From Candidatus Moraniibacteriota bacterium (GTDB lineage Bacteria; Patescibacteriota; Minisyncoccia; Moranbacterales; UBA1568): a DNA stretch of 55,427 nt. The notes below the pieces were generated by a model. The model did no database searches. It saw nothing but the letters and a program-made list of their open reading frames with translations, and was not told where the DNA came from. Each line of letters starts with the position of its first letter. Positions within the stretch are counted from its first letter, which is position 1. Made by a program: the position numbers and the translations under genes. The stretch covers positions 1 through 55,427 of the forward strand of contig CAINXS010000052.1 in NCBI GenBank assembly GCA_903854995.1, given 5' to 3'. Shown piece after piece: positions 1 to 11,566 of the stretch.

Positions 1-119
1 CGAATGGTACGTTTATGCGTTGACATACGCGTATCTTTTTACTAAAGCCGCCCTGCCGGGCGGCTTTAGTATACGGCGTCGCCTTCAAACGTACACCCCA
101 GCTTCGCTGGGGGTTTATA

Positions 120-691
120 GATTAAATCAACTACCCCGCGGCAAGCCGCGAGGTATGTCCGCTAGAACAACGTCGGTTGTTCTTGGTGGAGCCTCACGTA
201 CTCTCTCTCGATCCCCTGGTTTTTTACATACTCCGTTACCGCACTTTCACTTCTGTTTCTCCCTACGGTTGAGATATAATGATCGTCCGTCCAGAATTCT
301 CCTCCCCACAGTTGTTTTTTGACTTCAGGCACTCGGGCGAAGATTTCTCGCGCCGTGATACTTTTCACGATTCGAGCAATCTTGGTCGGAGCATAGGTCG
401 GTACCGATTGGATGAGAAAGTGGACATGGTCATTGTCCGTTCCTATTTCGAGAAAGTGCATCTGATAACGAAGGGCTATATCTTGACAGACATCCTTCAT
501 GACCCCATATCCACTTTCTCGGAGATGACTGCCCGGCGATACTTTGCGGGACAGACGAGGTGATAGATGAGAACGCTGACGTTGTGTCTTTTGTGGATGT
601 ATATGCTCATCGTTCCATTATACGTCTCTCTCCTGCTTCGCAGGAGTTATTCGCGGCAAGCCGCGAGGAATGGACCCTAAAAGAGATTCAA
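120..691. mobile_element. IS200/IS605-type element with hairpin ends
   Basis: The identical hairpin CGCGGCAAGCCGCGAGG lies at 137-153 and 652-668 either side of tnpA. Further hairpins at 41-70 and ~86-112. Exact boundaries are uncertain. Confidence 0.7.
162..610 (-). pseudogene. tnpA: IS200/IS605-family Y1 HUH transposase, frameshifted near nt 505-512
   Basis: ORF 162..500 has the HUH motif DHVHFL and catalytic-Tyr region YVKNQ. The N-terminus MSIYIHKRHNVSVLIYHLVCPAKYRR starts at ATG 610 in another frame and stops early. Confidence 0.85.
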
Positions 692-748
692 TTGCGAATC
701 ATCATCAACTGCAATATATCGATCTGCATGCAGTATCTATCTCATCGA

Positions 749-3700
749 CTACACCACCACGTTCACTAGCTTCCTGGGGACGACAATGATACGCTTGGGC
801 TCCTTGCCGTCAAGATACGACTTCACCTTGTCGCTGTCGAGCGCATGCGTTTTCAGTTCGTTCTCGCTGGCGTCGGCCGGAATTTCGAACGAGTCTCGCA
901 TCTTGCCGTTCACCTGTACGACGATTTTGACGGTATCGGACACGAGGTATGCCGGGTCAGCCTCGGGCCAGGCGGCCAACGAGACGGAGCCGGTATTCCC
1001 GATACCTTCCCAGAGTTCCTCCGCGATATGCGGCGCGAACGGCGACAGTATCCGCAGGAAGAGTCCGAACGATCGGCTTGAAATCGACACCTCCTTCTCC
1101 ATGGCATTCACGAGAATCATCATCGAACTGACCGCCGTATTGAATCGCATGGCCTCAATGTCCTCGGATACCTTCACGATTGTCTTGTGCAACAACGAAT
1201 CAATCGTTTTCACCTTCTGTTCCTGCTCCCCTGTTGTCAGTTGTGAGTTTTCAGTTGTCAGTCCGAATTCTTCCGTTGTGAGTTGTGAGTTGTGAGTTGT
1301 GAGTTTTTCTTGCAGTTTCCAGACCCGTTCCAAAAAGCGTCGCGATCCCACCAACCCGTTCTGCCCCCAGGCGATCGGCTGATCGAACGGCCCCATGAAC
1401 ATCTCGTAGATGCGGAGTGTATCCGCTCCGAAATCCGAAACGATATCGTCGGGATTGATGACGTTCCCCTTTGACTTCGACATCTTCACGCCGCCCTCCG
1501 CAAGGATCAATCCGTGCGAGGTTCGCTTCTGATACGGCTCGGACGTCGGCGCTACGCCGATGTCGAACAGGAACTTGTTCCAGAACCGTGAATACAGGAG
1601 GTGCAGCGTCGTATGCTCCATTCCCCCGTTGTACCAATCGACCGGCATATATCGCTTCAGCTTTTCCGGATCGGCAAGCGCCGAACCGTTCTTCGGATCG
1701 ATATAACGCAGGAAGTACCACGAGGAACCGGCCCAGTTCGGCATCGTGTCTGTCTCGCGTTTCGCGGGTCCGCCACAAGTCGGACAGGTCGTATTCACCC
1801 AACTCCCCATTTTTGCCAGCGGAGATTCGCCGGTATCGGTCGGACTGTATCCACCGTCGATCTCCGGCAGTTCGAGCGGGAGTTCCGACTCGGGAAGCGC
1901 GACGATGCCGCATTGCTCGCAGTGCACGACCGGAATCGGCTCGCCCCAATACCTCTGGCGGGAAAAGACCCAATCGCGAAGCTTGTACTTCACGACTTTT
2001 TTCCCGTTCCCGTCGGCTTCGAGTTTCGTTGATATCTTTTCCCGTGCCTGAGACGATGAAAGTCCGGAAAACTCATCGGAGTCCGTCAATGTCCCGTCGT
2101 CGACGAACGCTCCGTCTTTCCCGTCGAGACGCGCGAGCCAAAAATCAAGTTCCGCGCAGGTCATCTCCCGATTCCGTATCTCGTCCAAAGAGAGCCAGAG
2201 TATCGAATGCTTCGCAGCCTCTTCCTCGACGACCCTTTCACGGGTGTCGTCCTCCAACTCGAAGAGAAGCGCCGACGTATTGGCTATCCGATTCTCGTCC
2301 TTATGCGCCGCAAAATATTCGCTTTGGACCTTTCCCCCGAGCGTTTCGATATACTTCAAATTGGAATACCCGGTCTCCTCAAGCACCTCACGCATCGCCG
2401 CCCCCACGACATCCTCGCCGTTTTCCACGCCTCCGACGATGAACGTGGTCCAGGGATGATTTTTCCATTCCAGACAGAGAAATTTCCCGTCCTTCGGGTT
2501 CCTTACGAGCGCATGGATGGTATCTCGCTCGACGGTCTTCTTCCCTTCCCGGGGAGGATTCTTTTTGTCGGTCAGATGAGGCATCACGACCGTCCTGACC
2601 GGAAGGTCGTACTTTTTCGCGAACGCGTAATCACGCTCGTCATGTGCCGGGACTGCCATCACCGCTCCGGTCCCATAATCGCCGAGCACGTAATCCGCGA
2701 CAAATACCGGGACCGCCTCGCCGTTTATCGGGTTGACCGCCATCAGTCCTTCCAACCGCACGCCCGTTTTTTCCCTCCCTTCGGCCGTCCGGTCCATCTC
2801 GGTCTTCTTCTTGGTCTCTTTCAGATAAGCGGCAACTTCTTCCCAGTTCCTGATTCCTGATTCTTGATTCTCAGATTCCGTTCCTTCTTCATTCTTAATT
2901 CCTGATTCCTGATTCTTTACTAAAGGATGCTCCGGTGCGACCACTACGTAGCTGCAACCGAAAAGCGTATCGACCCGCGTCGTAAACACCTCGATGCTCC
3001 CTTGCCTGATTCCTGATTCCTGATTCTTTATTCCAAACTCAATTATCGTTCCCTCGCTCCGACCGATCCAGTTGCGTTGCTGTATCTTTATCTTTTCGAG
3101 ATAGTCCACCGTATCGAGGTCGTCGTGCAGCCGATCGGCATACCTCGTAATAGCGAGCATCCACTGCTCCTTCTCGCGTTTCTCGGTCTCATTCCCACAT
3201 CGTTCGCACTTTCCGTCGATCACTTCCTCGTTCGCCAAGCCGATCTTGCACGACGGGCACCAGTTGATCATCATCTTCGCCTTGTACGCGAGTCCCTTCT
3301 TCAACATCTGCAGGAAGATCCACTGCGTCCATTTGAAGTACGCCGGATCCGTGGTATTGATCTCGCGCGACCAATCGAACGAGAATCCGATACCTTTGAG
3401 TTGTCGGCGGAAATTGTCGGTATTCTGACGCGTAACTTCCCGGGGATGGATACCGGTCTTGATGGCGTAATTCTCGGTCGGGAGCCCGAACGCGTCCCAC
3501 CCGATCGGATACAGCACGTCGAACCCCTCCATTCGCCGTTTCCGCGCGACGATATCCATGGCGGTATTGCTCCGGATATGTCCGATATGCAGGCCCTGGC
3601 CGGACGGGTATGGGAACTCGATCAGGCAATAGTACTTCGGTTTTTCGGAATCGTCATGCACCAAAAACGCCCCTTGTTCCTCCCATTTCGCTTGCCATTT

Positions 3701-3757
3701 TCCCTCGATCGTTTTGGGGTCGTATCTCCCTTGCATATACGGAAAATCACGGTTCAC
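749..3757 (-). CDS. leuS: Leucine--tRNA ligase with inserted Nudix domain (start possibly 3736)
   Basis: FPYPSGQGLHIGH, KMSKS and LRDWVFSRQRYWGEPIP motifs; internal Nudix box GGVENGEDVVGAAMREVLEETG. Confidence 0.97.
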   Translation of the reverse strand: MNRDFPYMQGRYDPKTIEGKWQAKWEEQGAFLVHDDSEKPKYYCLIEFPYPSGQGLHIGHIRSNTAMDIVARKRRMEGFDVLYPIGWDAFGLPTENYAIKTGIHPREVTRQNTDNFRRQLKGIGFSFDWSREINTTDPAYFKWTQWIFLQMLKKGLAYKAKMMINWCPSCKIGLANEEVIDGKCERCGNETEKREKEQWMLAITRYADRLHDDLDTVDYLEKIKIQQRNWIGRSEGTIIEFGIKNQESGIRQGSIEVFTTRVDTLFGCSYVVVAPEHPLVKNQESGIKNEEGTESENQESGIRNWEEVAAYLKETKKKTEMDRTAEGREKTGVRLEGLMAVNPINGEAVPVFVADYVLGDYGTGAVMAVPAHDERDYAFAKKYDLPVRTVVMPHLTDKKNPPREGKKTVERDTIHALVRNPKDGKFLCLEWKNHPWTTFIVGGVENGEDVVGAAMREVLEETGYSNLKYIETLGGKVQSEYFAAHKDENRIANTSALLFELEDDTRERVVEEEAAKHSILWLSLDEIRNREMTCAELDFWLARLDGKDGAFVDDGTLTDSDEFSGLSSSQAREKISTKLEADGNGKKVVKYKLRDWVFSRQRYWGEPIPVVHCEQCGIVALPESELPLELPEIDGGYSPTDTGESPLAKMGSWVNTTCPTCGGPAKRETDTMPNWAGSSWYFLRYIDPKNGSALADPEKLKRYMPVDWYNGGMEHTTLHLLYSRFWNKFLFDIGVAPTSEPYQKRTSHGLILAEGGVKMSKSKGNVINPDDIVSDFGADTLRIYEMFMGPFDQPIAWGQNGLVGSRRFLERVWKLQEKLTTHNSQLTTEEFGLTTENSQLTTGEQEQKVKTIDSLLHKTIVKVSEDIEAMRFNTAVSSMMILVNAMEKEVSISSRSFGLFLRILSPFAPHIAEELWEGIGNTGSVSLAAWPEADPAYLVSDTVKIVVQVNGKMRDSFEIPADASENELKTHALDSDKVKSYLDGKEPKRIIVVPRKLVNVVV
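1233..1305. repeat. In-frame heptamer array (GTTGTGA)n inside leuS
   Basis: Four perfect GTTGTGA copies at 1275-1302 plus degenerate copies; encodes LTTHNSQLTT...LTTENSQLTT. Confidence 0.9.
2847..3034. repeat. In-frame heptamer arrays (ATTCCTG)n inside leuS
   Basis: Arrays at 2847-2917 and 3005-3034 encode NQESGIR/NQESGIK three times. Confidence 0.9.
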
Positions 3758-3801
3758 CCACCCACTCTACCCTATCTACCGCCGTTTTTCAAGGAAAACG
3801 G

Positions 3802-3830
3802 GTGGAGACGCCCCGACGGGGCGTCTCCAC
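3802..3830. repeat. REP-like palindrome (GTAG/GTGG type)
   Basis: GTGGAGACGCCCCGACGGGGCGTCTCCAC perfect hairpin between atpC and leuS. Confidence 0.75.
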
Positions 3831-3855
3831 GAAATCACGAAAAATCGAACGCTGG

Positions 3856-4302
3856 TCACTGCTGACCAGGGGCGATGAAGCCACCCTTGCTTCGGTGCTT
3901 TCGAGCGACATGCAGGCGGGCGAATTCTTTCTCCAGGGACGCGGCGACACGGGCGTATTCCTCATCATCAAGCAGGCTGCGGTCAGCCTTCAGTTCCTCG
4001 GCCTTCCTCCGCCCCTCCTCGGCCCGTTCGATGTCGATCTCTTCGGCGCGCTCCGCCGTATCGGCCAACACGGACAACACGTTTCCGTGCAGTTCCACGA
4101 ATCCTCCCGACGTCGCGAGACTCTCCGGCTCAGTATGTGCGTCTCTCCGGAAAAAGATCTCGCCGGAACGGAGCGAGCCTATGTACGGGATATGATCGGG
4201 CAAGACGGTGATTTCCCCGCCTTCCGCCGGAAGCGTCACCGAATAGACGTCTTCCTCGAGGACGAGTCGCTCCGGGGTAACTATCTTTAACTTTAGTAAC
4301 AT
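3856..4302 (-). CDS. atpC: ATP synthase F1 epsilon subunit
   Basis: LKIVTPER...GEITVLPDHIP...SGGFVE...LADTAERAEEID; last gene of the atp operon. Confidence 0.97.
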   Translation of the reverse strand: MLLKLKIVTPERLVLEEDVYSVTLPAEGGEITVLPDHIPYIGSLRSGEIFFRRDAHTEPESLATSGGFVELHGNVLSVLADTAERAEEIDIERAEEGRRKAEELKADRSLLDDEEYARVAASLEKEFARLHVARKHRSKGGFIAPGQQ

Positions 4303-4329
4303 ACAACTTACAACTTACAACTTACAACC
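4303..4329. repeat. Heptamer arm (ACAACTT)n abutting the atpC start codon
   Basis: acaactt acaactt acaactt acaacc directly before the atpC ATG on the minus strand. Confidence 0.9.
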
Positions 4330-4330
4330 G

Positions 4331-4690
4331 TCATTTCACAAGTGTTTTCTTTAACCCACCAAGCTGATTTGAAATCCCATCTATCCGTTTCATCGCCTCA
4401 TCATACCGATCTTCTTGAACCATCCCGTTTAATTTCAACGCATCCATTGCCGCCATTGTCTCATATAGGGAACGGAGCGAAATATTCAGAAAACGATTCA
4501 GTTCCTTATCAGTCGTTTTTCCGCTTCCTTCCGCGATATTAAGCGCTACCGACAAGGCGGCACGGATCATCTGGCTACCTATTTCGAAACGGAATTCTTT
4601 CGGTAGATCCTTAACAATTTTCAGAACAAGGGAAAAGAGCTCCTGCGAATCATTGTATACTTTCCATTTCCTGAACCGAAATTTCTCCAT
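4331..4690 (-). CDS. Four-helix-bundle protein (23S rRNA intervening-sequence protein/bAvd-like family)
   Basis: F..WKVY...LPKEFRFEIGSQMIRAALSVALNIAEGSGK...FLNISLRSLYE family signature; lower GC than its neighbours. Confidence 0.9.
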   Translation of the reverse strand: MEKFRFRKWKVYNDSQELFSLVLKIVKDLPKEFRFEIGSQMIRAALSVALNIAEGSGKTTDKELNRFLNISLRSLYETMAAMDALKLNGMVQEDRYDEAMKRIDGISNQLGGLKKTLVK

Positions 4691-4731
4691 ATCATTTACT
4701 GCTTCGAATCACCCCCCGTTCCCAATTCCCC

Positions 4732-6494
<1,763 letters not shown>

Positions 6495-6500
<6 letters not shown>

Positions 6501-7373
6501 TTCGAGTGCCGCCTTACCCGCCGAGAGCTCAGCGATCTCCTGAGTGATCTTCGACTGCCGCAGCTGATTGTACGCGAGCGTGAGCCCCTCGGCCATCTCC
6601 TTGGCCGCGTCCGTCGCGCTGCGCATCGCCATCATGCGCGCCGCTTCCTGCGACGCGTTCGACTCGAGGATCGCGTGATAGATTTCCGCCTCCAAGAGTC
6701 TCGGGACCATCGTCTCGAGCACCGCGTCCGGTCCCGGTTCGATCACATATTTTCCCTCCTCGGGTGCCCGACCCTCATTCTCGAGTACCGCATCCGAATC
6801 TTCCGTAGCTATCGGGAGAATAGTTCTCACGACCGGCTCCTGCCGCATCATGGAAAAGAAGTTCGTGTAGGCGAGCTCGATACGATCCGTCCGACCCGAA
6901 CGGTATTCCTCAAGCAACATGCGCGCGATAGGCCTGACGGCTTCCGACGTCGGAAGCGACAGGATGCCGGGAAACGAAGCGAGCACGTCCTTTCCCATGC
7001 GCTTCACCTGTGCGTCGCTCTTCTTGCCGATCGTCACGAACGTCACCTCCCCGGCTACCCCGGAAACGTGCGCCCGCAGCATGCGGAAAAGCTGTGCGTA
7101 AAAGGTCCCGGCAAGGCCACGGTTCCCACTGACCAAAAGTATGATGCGACGGTCCGCTTCCCGAACCTCGAGCAACGGATGATTGTTGCCCGGAAACGCG
7201 AGTCGCACCTGCCGAAGCACCGAAAGTGCCTCTTCGGCATATGGGCGCAACGCCGTCGCGGACGCCACCGCGCGTCGAACCTTGGCAGCGGACACCATTT
7301 CCATGGCCCGGGTGATTTTCCCCGTGCTCTTCACACCCTTTATTCTCCGTCTGATGTCGGCCACGTTAGGCAT
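6495..7373 (-). CDS. atpG: ATP synthase F1 gamma subunit
   Basis: KITRAMEMVSAAK...ARMMAMRSATD...YNQLRQSKITQEIAEL. Confidence 0.98.
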
Positions 7374-7385
7374 ATGCTTGCGCTA

Positions 7386-7478
7386 CTTACAACTCACGAC
7401 TTATAACTGACAACCGCCCCCACCCACCCTGTCCCAATCCCTATCCCCGTTGTAAGTTGTTGGTTGTAAGTTGTTCGT
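7386..7478. repeat. Inverted pair of ACAAC/GTTGT heptamer arms between atpA and atpG, with no cargo gene
   Basis: ttacaactcacgacttataactgacaacc ... gttgtaagttgttggttgtaagttgttcg. Confidence 0.85.
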
Positions 7479-7487
7479 TTTCCTTCG

Positions 7488-8984
7488 TCAGTTTCTTTTC
7501 ATGAATTCCTCAATCCTCCCCTTCAACATCGTTTCCGTCTGTTCGTCGAGCGCCTTCTTCTCGCGGATAGCCGAAAGCACATCCTCACCTTCCGTTCCGA
7601 GATAGGCAAGGAATTCCCTCTCCCAATCACGGATCTTCTCGGCCGGAACGGCGTCGAGATGCCCGCGGGAAAGCGCGTAGAGTACGGCTACCTGGTTCTC
7701 GACCGGATACGGCGAGTATTGTCCCTGCTTCAGGACTTCGACCGAGCGCCTTCCTCGTTCGATTTGCGCGCGCGTCTTCTCGTCGAGGTCGGAACCGAAC
7801 TGCGCGAACGCCTCGAGCTCGCGGAATTGGGCAAGGTCGAGACGGAGCGTGCCCGCAACCTGTTTCATCGCCTTGATCTGCGCGGCCGAGCCGACACGCG
7901 ATACCGAGAGTCCGACGTTGAGTGCCGGACGGATGCCCTTGTGGAAAAGATCCGACTCGAGATAAATCTGTCCGTCCGTGATGGAAATGACGTTCGTCGG
8001 GATATACGCCGAGACATCGCCCGCCTGCGTCTCGATAATCGGCAATGCGGTCAGCGATCCGCCGCCGTTCTCGGCATTCAATTTCGCGCTGCGTTCGAGG
8101 AGTCGGGAATGGAGGTAGAACACGTCGCCGGGATAGGCCTCACGTCCCGGCGGACGGCGAAGGATAAGCGCGATCTGCCGATACGCCCACGCATGCTTCG
8201 AAAGATCATCATAGATGACGAGCACGTCCTTTCCCTGATCCATGAAATATTCGCCGATGGCACACCCGGCATACGGCGCAAGAAACGAGAGTGCTGCGGG
8301 GTCGGACGCGCCGGCCGACACGATGACGGTAAAGTCCATCGCTCCGCGCTTCGTAAGATCGCCCAGGATGCGCGCGACTTTGGATTCCTTCTGGCCGACC
8401 GCGACATAGATGCAGATCACGTCCTGACCTTTCTGATTCACGATCGTGTCGATCGCGACAGCGGTCTTGCCAGTCTGCCGGTCGCCGATGATGAGTTCGC
8501 GCTGACCGCGACCGACCGGAATAAGCGCGTCGATCGCCTTGATGCCGGTCTGGAGCGGCCGATGCACGGACTTGCGGGTGATGACCCCGGGAGCGACCTT
8601 CTCAATCGGCATATCCTTCTTGTCGCCCGCAATCTCGCCACGCCCGTCGAGCGGCCGTCCCAGCGGATCTACCACGCGACCGACGATTCCCTCGGACACC
8701 GGGACGGAGAGGAGCTTCCCAGTCCCCTTCGCACTCTCGCCTTCGCGTACATCGTCCCCGCCGGAAAGCATCATGACGCCGACCTCGGATTCTTCCAGGT
8801 TGAGCGCCACGCCGACCGCGCCGGACTCGAAAGCGACGATCTCGGACGCCGCGACACCGCCGAGTCCGGAAAGCCGCGCGATACCGTCACCGGCCTCCAA
8901 TATGCGGCCGACCGACTCCTTCTCCGCCGAGAAATCGAATCCGGCGATCTGTCTCTTCAGTTCTTCGATGAGCATGTTGGCCAT
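7488..8984 (-). CDS. atpA: ATP synthase F1 alpha subunit
   Basis: [17 protein letters not shown] and [23 protein letters not shown]. Confidence 0.99.
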   Translation of the reverse strand: MANMLIEELKRQIAGFDFSAEKESVGRILEAGDGIARLSGLGGVAASEIVAFESGAVGVALNLEESEVGVMMLSGGDDVREGESAKGTGKLLSVPVSEGIVGRVVDPLGRPLDGRGEIAGDKKDMPIEKVAPGVITRKSVHRPLQTGIKAIDALIPVGRGQRELIIGDRQTGKTAVAIDTIVNQKGQDVICIYVAVGQKESKVARILGDLTKRGAMDFTVIVSAGASDPAALSFLAPYAGCAIGEYFMDQGKDVLVIYDDLSKHAWAYRQIALILRRPPGREAYPGDVFYLHSRLLERSAKLNAENGGGSLTALPIIETQAGDVSAYIPTNVISITDGQIYLESDLFHKGIRPALNVGLSVSRVGSAAQIKAMKQVAGTLRLDLAQFRELEAFAQFGSDLDEKTRAQIERGRRSVEVLKQGQYSPYPVENQVAVLYALSRGHLDAVPAEKIRDWEREFLAYLGTEGEDVLSAIREKKALDEQTETMLKGRIEEFMKRN

Positions 8985-8992
8985 AACGTTTC

Positions 8993-9138
8993 AGGAATGA
9001 CGAATAAAGAATAAAACAGAGAGAATCATAAATGAAGCAAAAAGAACCAGACGATAAGAATAGGAAATCATGCCCGGATGCCTCGTTTGGCTTCGGCATC
9101 ATTCCTTATTCTACATTCTTTTTTCTTCCTTTTCATTC
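8993..9138. repeat. GAAT/ATTC heptamer arms upstream of atpA
   Basis: aggaatgacgaataaagaataaaacagagagaatc... (8993-9066) and attccttattctacattctt (9101-9138). Confidence 0.75.
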
Positions 9139-9259
9139 CGACTCATGCCGCCCGAGCCGTCTCGGAAGGCAAATCGTAGGAGTGAGGGTTGGTTCTACGT
9201 TTCTAATTTTAACTTTTAGGATGAAGGGAATAATCGCTTTTTAGAGCCGCTTTCAAGTA

Positions 9260-9288
9260 TTGACTTTTTTGATTTTTTGGATTATAAT
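9260..9288 (+). promoter_or_regulatory. Sigma70-like promoter antisense to the atp operon
   Basis: TTGACT (9260-9265), 17-nt spacer, TATAAT (9283-9288). Confidence 0.65.
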
Positions 9289-9332
9289 GTGTGGTTAAAT
9301 GTTCCTTCCCAATCAGCAAAACACATAACATC

Positions 9333-9665
9333 ATGAAAAGAGCTTATCTCATATCTTTTGTTGTCCGCTCCGTTGACAACGCCGACCGAATCATGTCCGC
9401 CTATGTTTATAGCGGCATCGACGTTCAAACAGTCCCAGGACTCAACACCGTTAAACAAACGATAGCTAAGTCCGGGCTTGTAATGTCGAATGCTTACCCC
9501 GCCGTCCACATCATCGCCTGCCAGCTCCTAAACGATTCTCCCGAATCATGCGAGGAGCAGCTATCTCAGCTGATTGAAGTCCGAGAACTCGTAAAATACG
9601 AGACCGGACTTCCGTGTCAATTTAGAGATCCAGTCATTGACTTGGAAAAGCAAGTCATGTACTGA
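9333..9665 (+). CDS. Hypothetical protein inserted antisense in the atp operon
   Basis: ORF MKRAYLISFVV... downstream of a consensus promoter; AT-rich. Confidence 0.55.
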   Translation: MKRAYLISFVVRSVDNADRIMSAYVYSGIDVQTVPGLNTVKQTIAKSGLVMSNAYPAVHIIACQLLNDSPESCEEQLSQLIEVRELVKYETGLPCQFRDPVIDLEKQVMY

Positions 9666-10013
9666 CGACGCGACAAAATTCACAGCAAACCTATCTGGTT
9701 CAAAACCAGATAGGTTTTTTATTCCCCGTTTTTCAAATCTACTATCAGGGCTCGATATACTCGGATCCTGAATGGTGTATTCAAAAGGGATACGTATTGT
9801 CGAATAACTAGGATGGTTTAATGGCTCATTCTTTTTTTCCGTCATCGCGAGGATTCCGTCCTCGGAATCCGTGGCGATCCAGACATTCAGACGGTTCCGG
9901 GTTTCCTGGATTGCTGCGCTCATCCATCGCTCCATTTGAGCGACAGATTCGCTCGCAATGACATTGTACGTTTTTCGTTGTCGGTTGTCAGTTTCCTGTT
10001 GTGAGTTTTCCAT
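9561..10013 (-). CDS. Hypothetical protein between atpH and atpA
   Basis: 150-aa ORF whose N-terminus (MENSQQETDNRQRK) is encoded by a heptamer arm; its 3' end overlaps the + ORF. Confidence 0.4.
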   Translation of the reverse strand: MENSQQETDNRQRKTYNVIASESVAQMERWMSAAIQETRNRLNVWIATDSEDGILAMTEKKNEPLNHPSYSTIRIPFEYTIQDPSISSPDSRFEKRGIKNLSGFEPDRFAVNFVASSVHDLLFQVNDWISKLTRKSGLVFYEFSDFNQLR

Positions 10014-10088
10014 TCCCTGTTGTTCGTTGCTCGCTATAAGTTGTAAGTTTCCTCATCCGTTGTCAGTTGTTTGTTGTTAGTTGTAGGT
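9977..10088. repeat. GTTGTnA heptamer array containing the atpH stop
   Basis: gttgtcg gttgtca ... gttgtaa ... gttgtca gttgttt gttgtta gttgtag. Confidence 0.85.
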
Positions 10089-10484
10089 CGAATTTTTCAG
10101 TGTTCCCTTCATCTCCCGCAACCTCCGGCCGACGGACGCGTCGAGCACTTCGTCCTCCGAGGAGAGCCGAACGCCGCCGAGGAGCTCCGGAAAGACGACA
10201 TACGAGACGACGACTTCGCGGTCCGGAAACGCCTCGTGAGCAGCTGCTTCGACTCCGCGGCGCATTGTGTCGTCCGCCAGGATGGCCGTCTCGGCGAGCA
10301 CACGGACACGCCCCGCGGCATGATCAATCTGCTGTTCGGCTACGCGGACGATATCGTCGAGCTTCCGCATCGCGTGGCGTCGCCGCACAAACGACAGAAA
10401 CGATGCCGCGACACGCTTCACATCACCATTCTCCGCGGAGAGGGCGACCAGGACCTTGGCATATTGTATCGGAGTGATTTTCAT
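10077..10484 (-). CDS. atpH: ATP synthase F1 delta subunit
   Basis: MKITPIQYAK...PELLGGVRL...VLDASVGRRL; lies between atpF and atpA. Confidence 0.85.
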   Translation of the reverse strand: MKITPIQYAKVLVALSAENGDVKRVAASFLSFVRRRHAMRKLDDIVRVAEQQIDHAAGRVRVLAETAILADDTMRRGVEAAAHEAFPDREVVVSYVVFPELLGGVRLSSEDEVLDASVGRRLREMKGTLKNSTYN

Positions 10485-10520
10485 TGCCGGAAATGATTGT
10501 TCTATTGCCTCATTGCTCAA

Positions 10521-10636
10521 TTGTCATCCCGGGCGAGTCTTCGAGTCGAGGGATCTGCGTATGCCTTCGGCAGATTCCTCCGCTCCGCTCCGTTTCACTC
10601 CTCCCGCATGCGCGGGACTTTGGGTCGGAATGACAA
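10521..10636. repeat. Palindromic repeat family A, copy 1
   Basis: TTGTCATCCCG...GAGGGATCTGC...GCAGATTCCTC...CGGAATGACAA; related copies at 17970, 33924 and 53360. Confidence 0.85.
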
Positions 10637-10642
10637 ATTCTC

Positions 10643-11134
10643 TCACTCTTTCTCCAAAAACCTCGTCACCTTGCCCCGGTCGGCATCGCCGTCCAATCTC
10701 TCCCGGAGCACCTTCTCCGTCGTCGCGATCACGAGATCCGCGATTTCCCCCTTCGCTTCACGGAACATTTTTTCACGTTCTTCCTTCGCGCGTTCCCGTG
10801 CCTCTTCGATGATCCGCTCCGCCTTCCGCTCGAATTCCGCGACCAGCTCCTGACCACGCCTCTCCGAAGCCTCCCTTGTCTCGGTCACGATCTTCTTCGC
10901 CTCTTCACGGGCCGTTGCAAGTATCCGTTCTTCGCCTTTCGAAGCCTCCTGCAGCCGCCTTCCGGCCTCTTCCGCATTCTTCAACCCCTCTTCGATGCGC
11001 TCCGTCCGCTTCTCAAGAAAAACCAACATCGGTTTATAGGCAAACCGGTGCAGTATGAACAGCAGCACGAGAAAGTTTACCGCCTGTGCAAGGAGGAGTT
11101 TCCCGTCTATACCGATCTGCGTAAGGATTTCCAT
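10643..11134 (-). CDS. atpF: ATP synthase Fo subunit b
   Basis: LLAQAVNFLVLLFILHRFAYKPM followed by a long coiled coil. Confidence 0.96.
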   Translation of the reverse strand: MEILTQIGIDGKLLLAQAVNFLVLLFILHRFAYKPMLVFLEKRTERIEEGLKNAEEAGRRLQEASKGEERILATAREEAKKIVTETREASERRGQELVAEFERKAERIIEEARERAKEEREKMFREAKGEIADLVIATTEKVLRERLDGDADRGKVTRFLEKE

Positions 11135-11236
11135 ACGGTTTGTGACGTTGCTTACGACTCACGACTTCCGGCCGGCACGCCCTCCCCCGCGGGAGGGAAC
11201 CGTGCCGGACACCGGTCGTTCTTCGTACGCCGAAGA

Positions 11237-11497
<261 letters not shown>

Positions 11498-11566
11498 TTA
11501 CTGATTGATTACGGGATACGGGCCGCCGGCTTCCCCTGGGAAACCGATGCCCCGCAGACCGGAATC

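Noticed and set aside
500..515. Programmed frameshift in tnpA
   Set aside because: No slippery run; an ATAT slip or assembly error is simpler, and this family is not known to need a frameshift.
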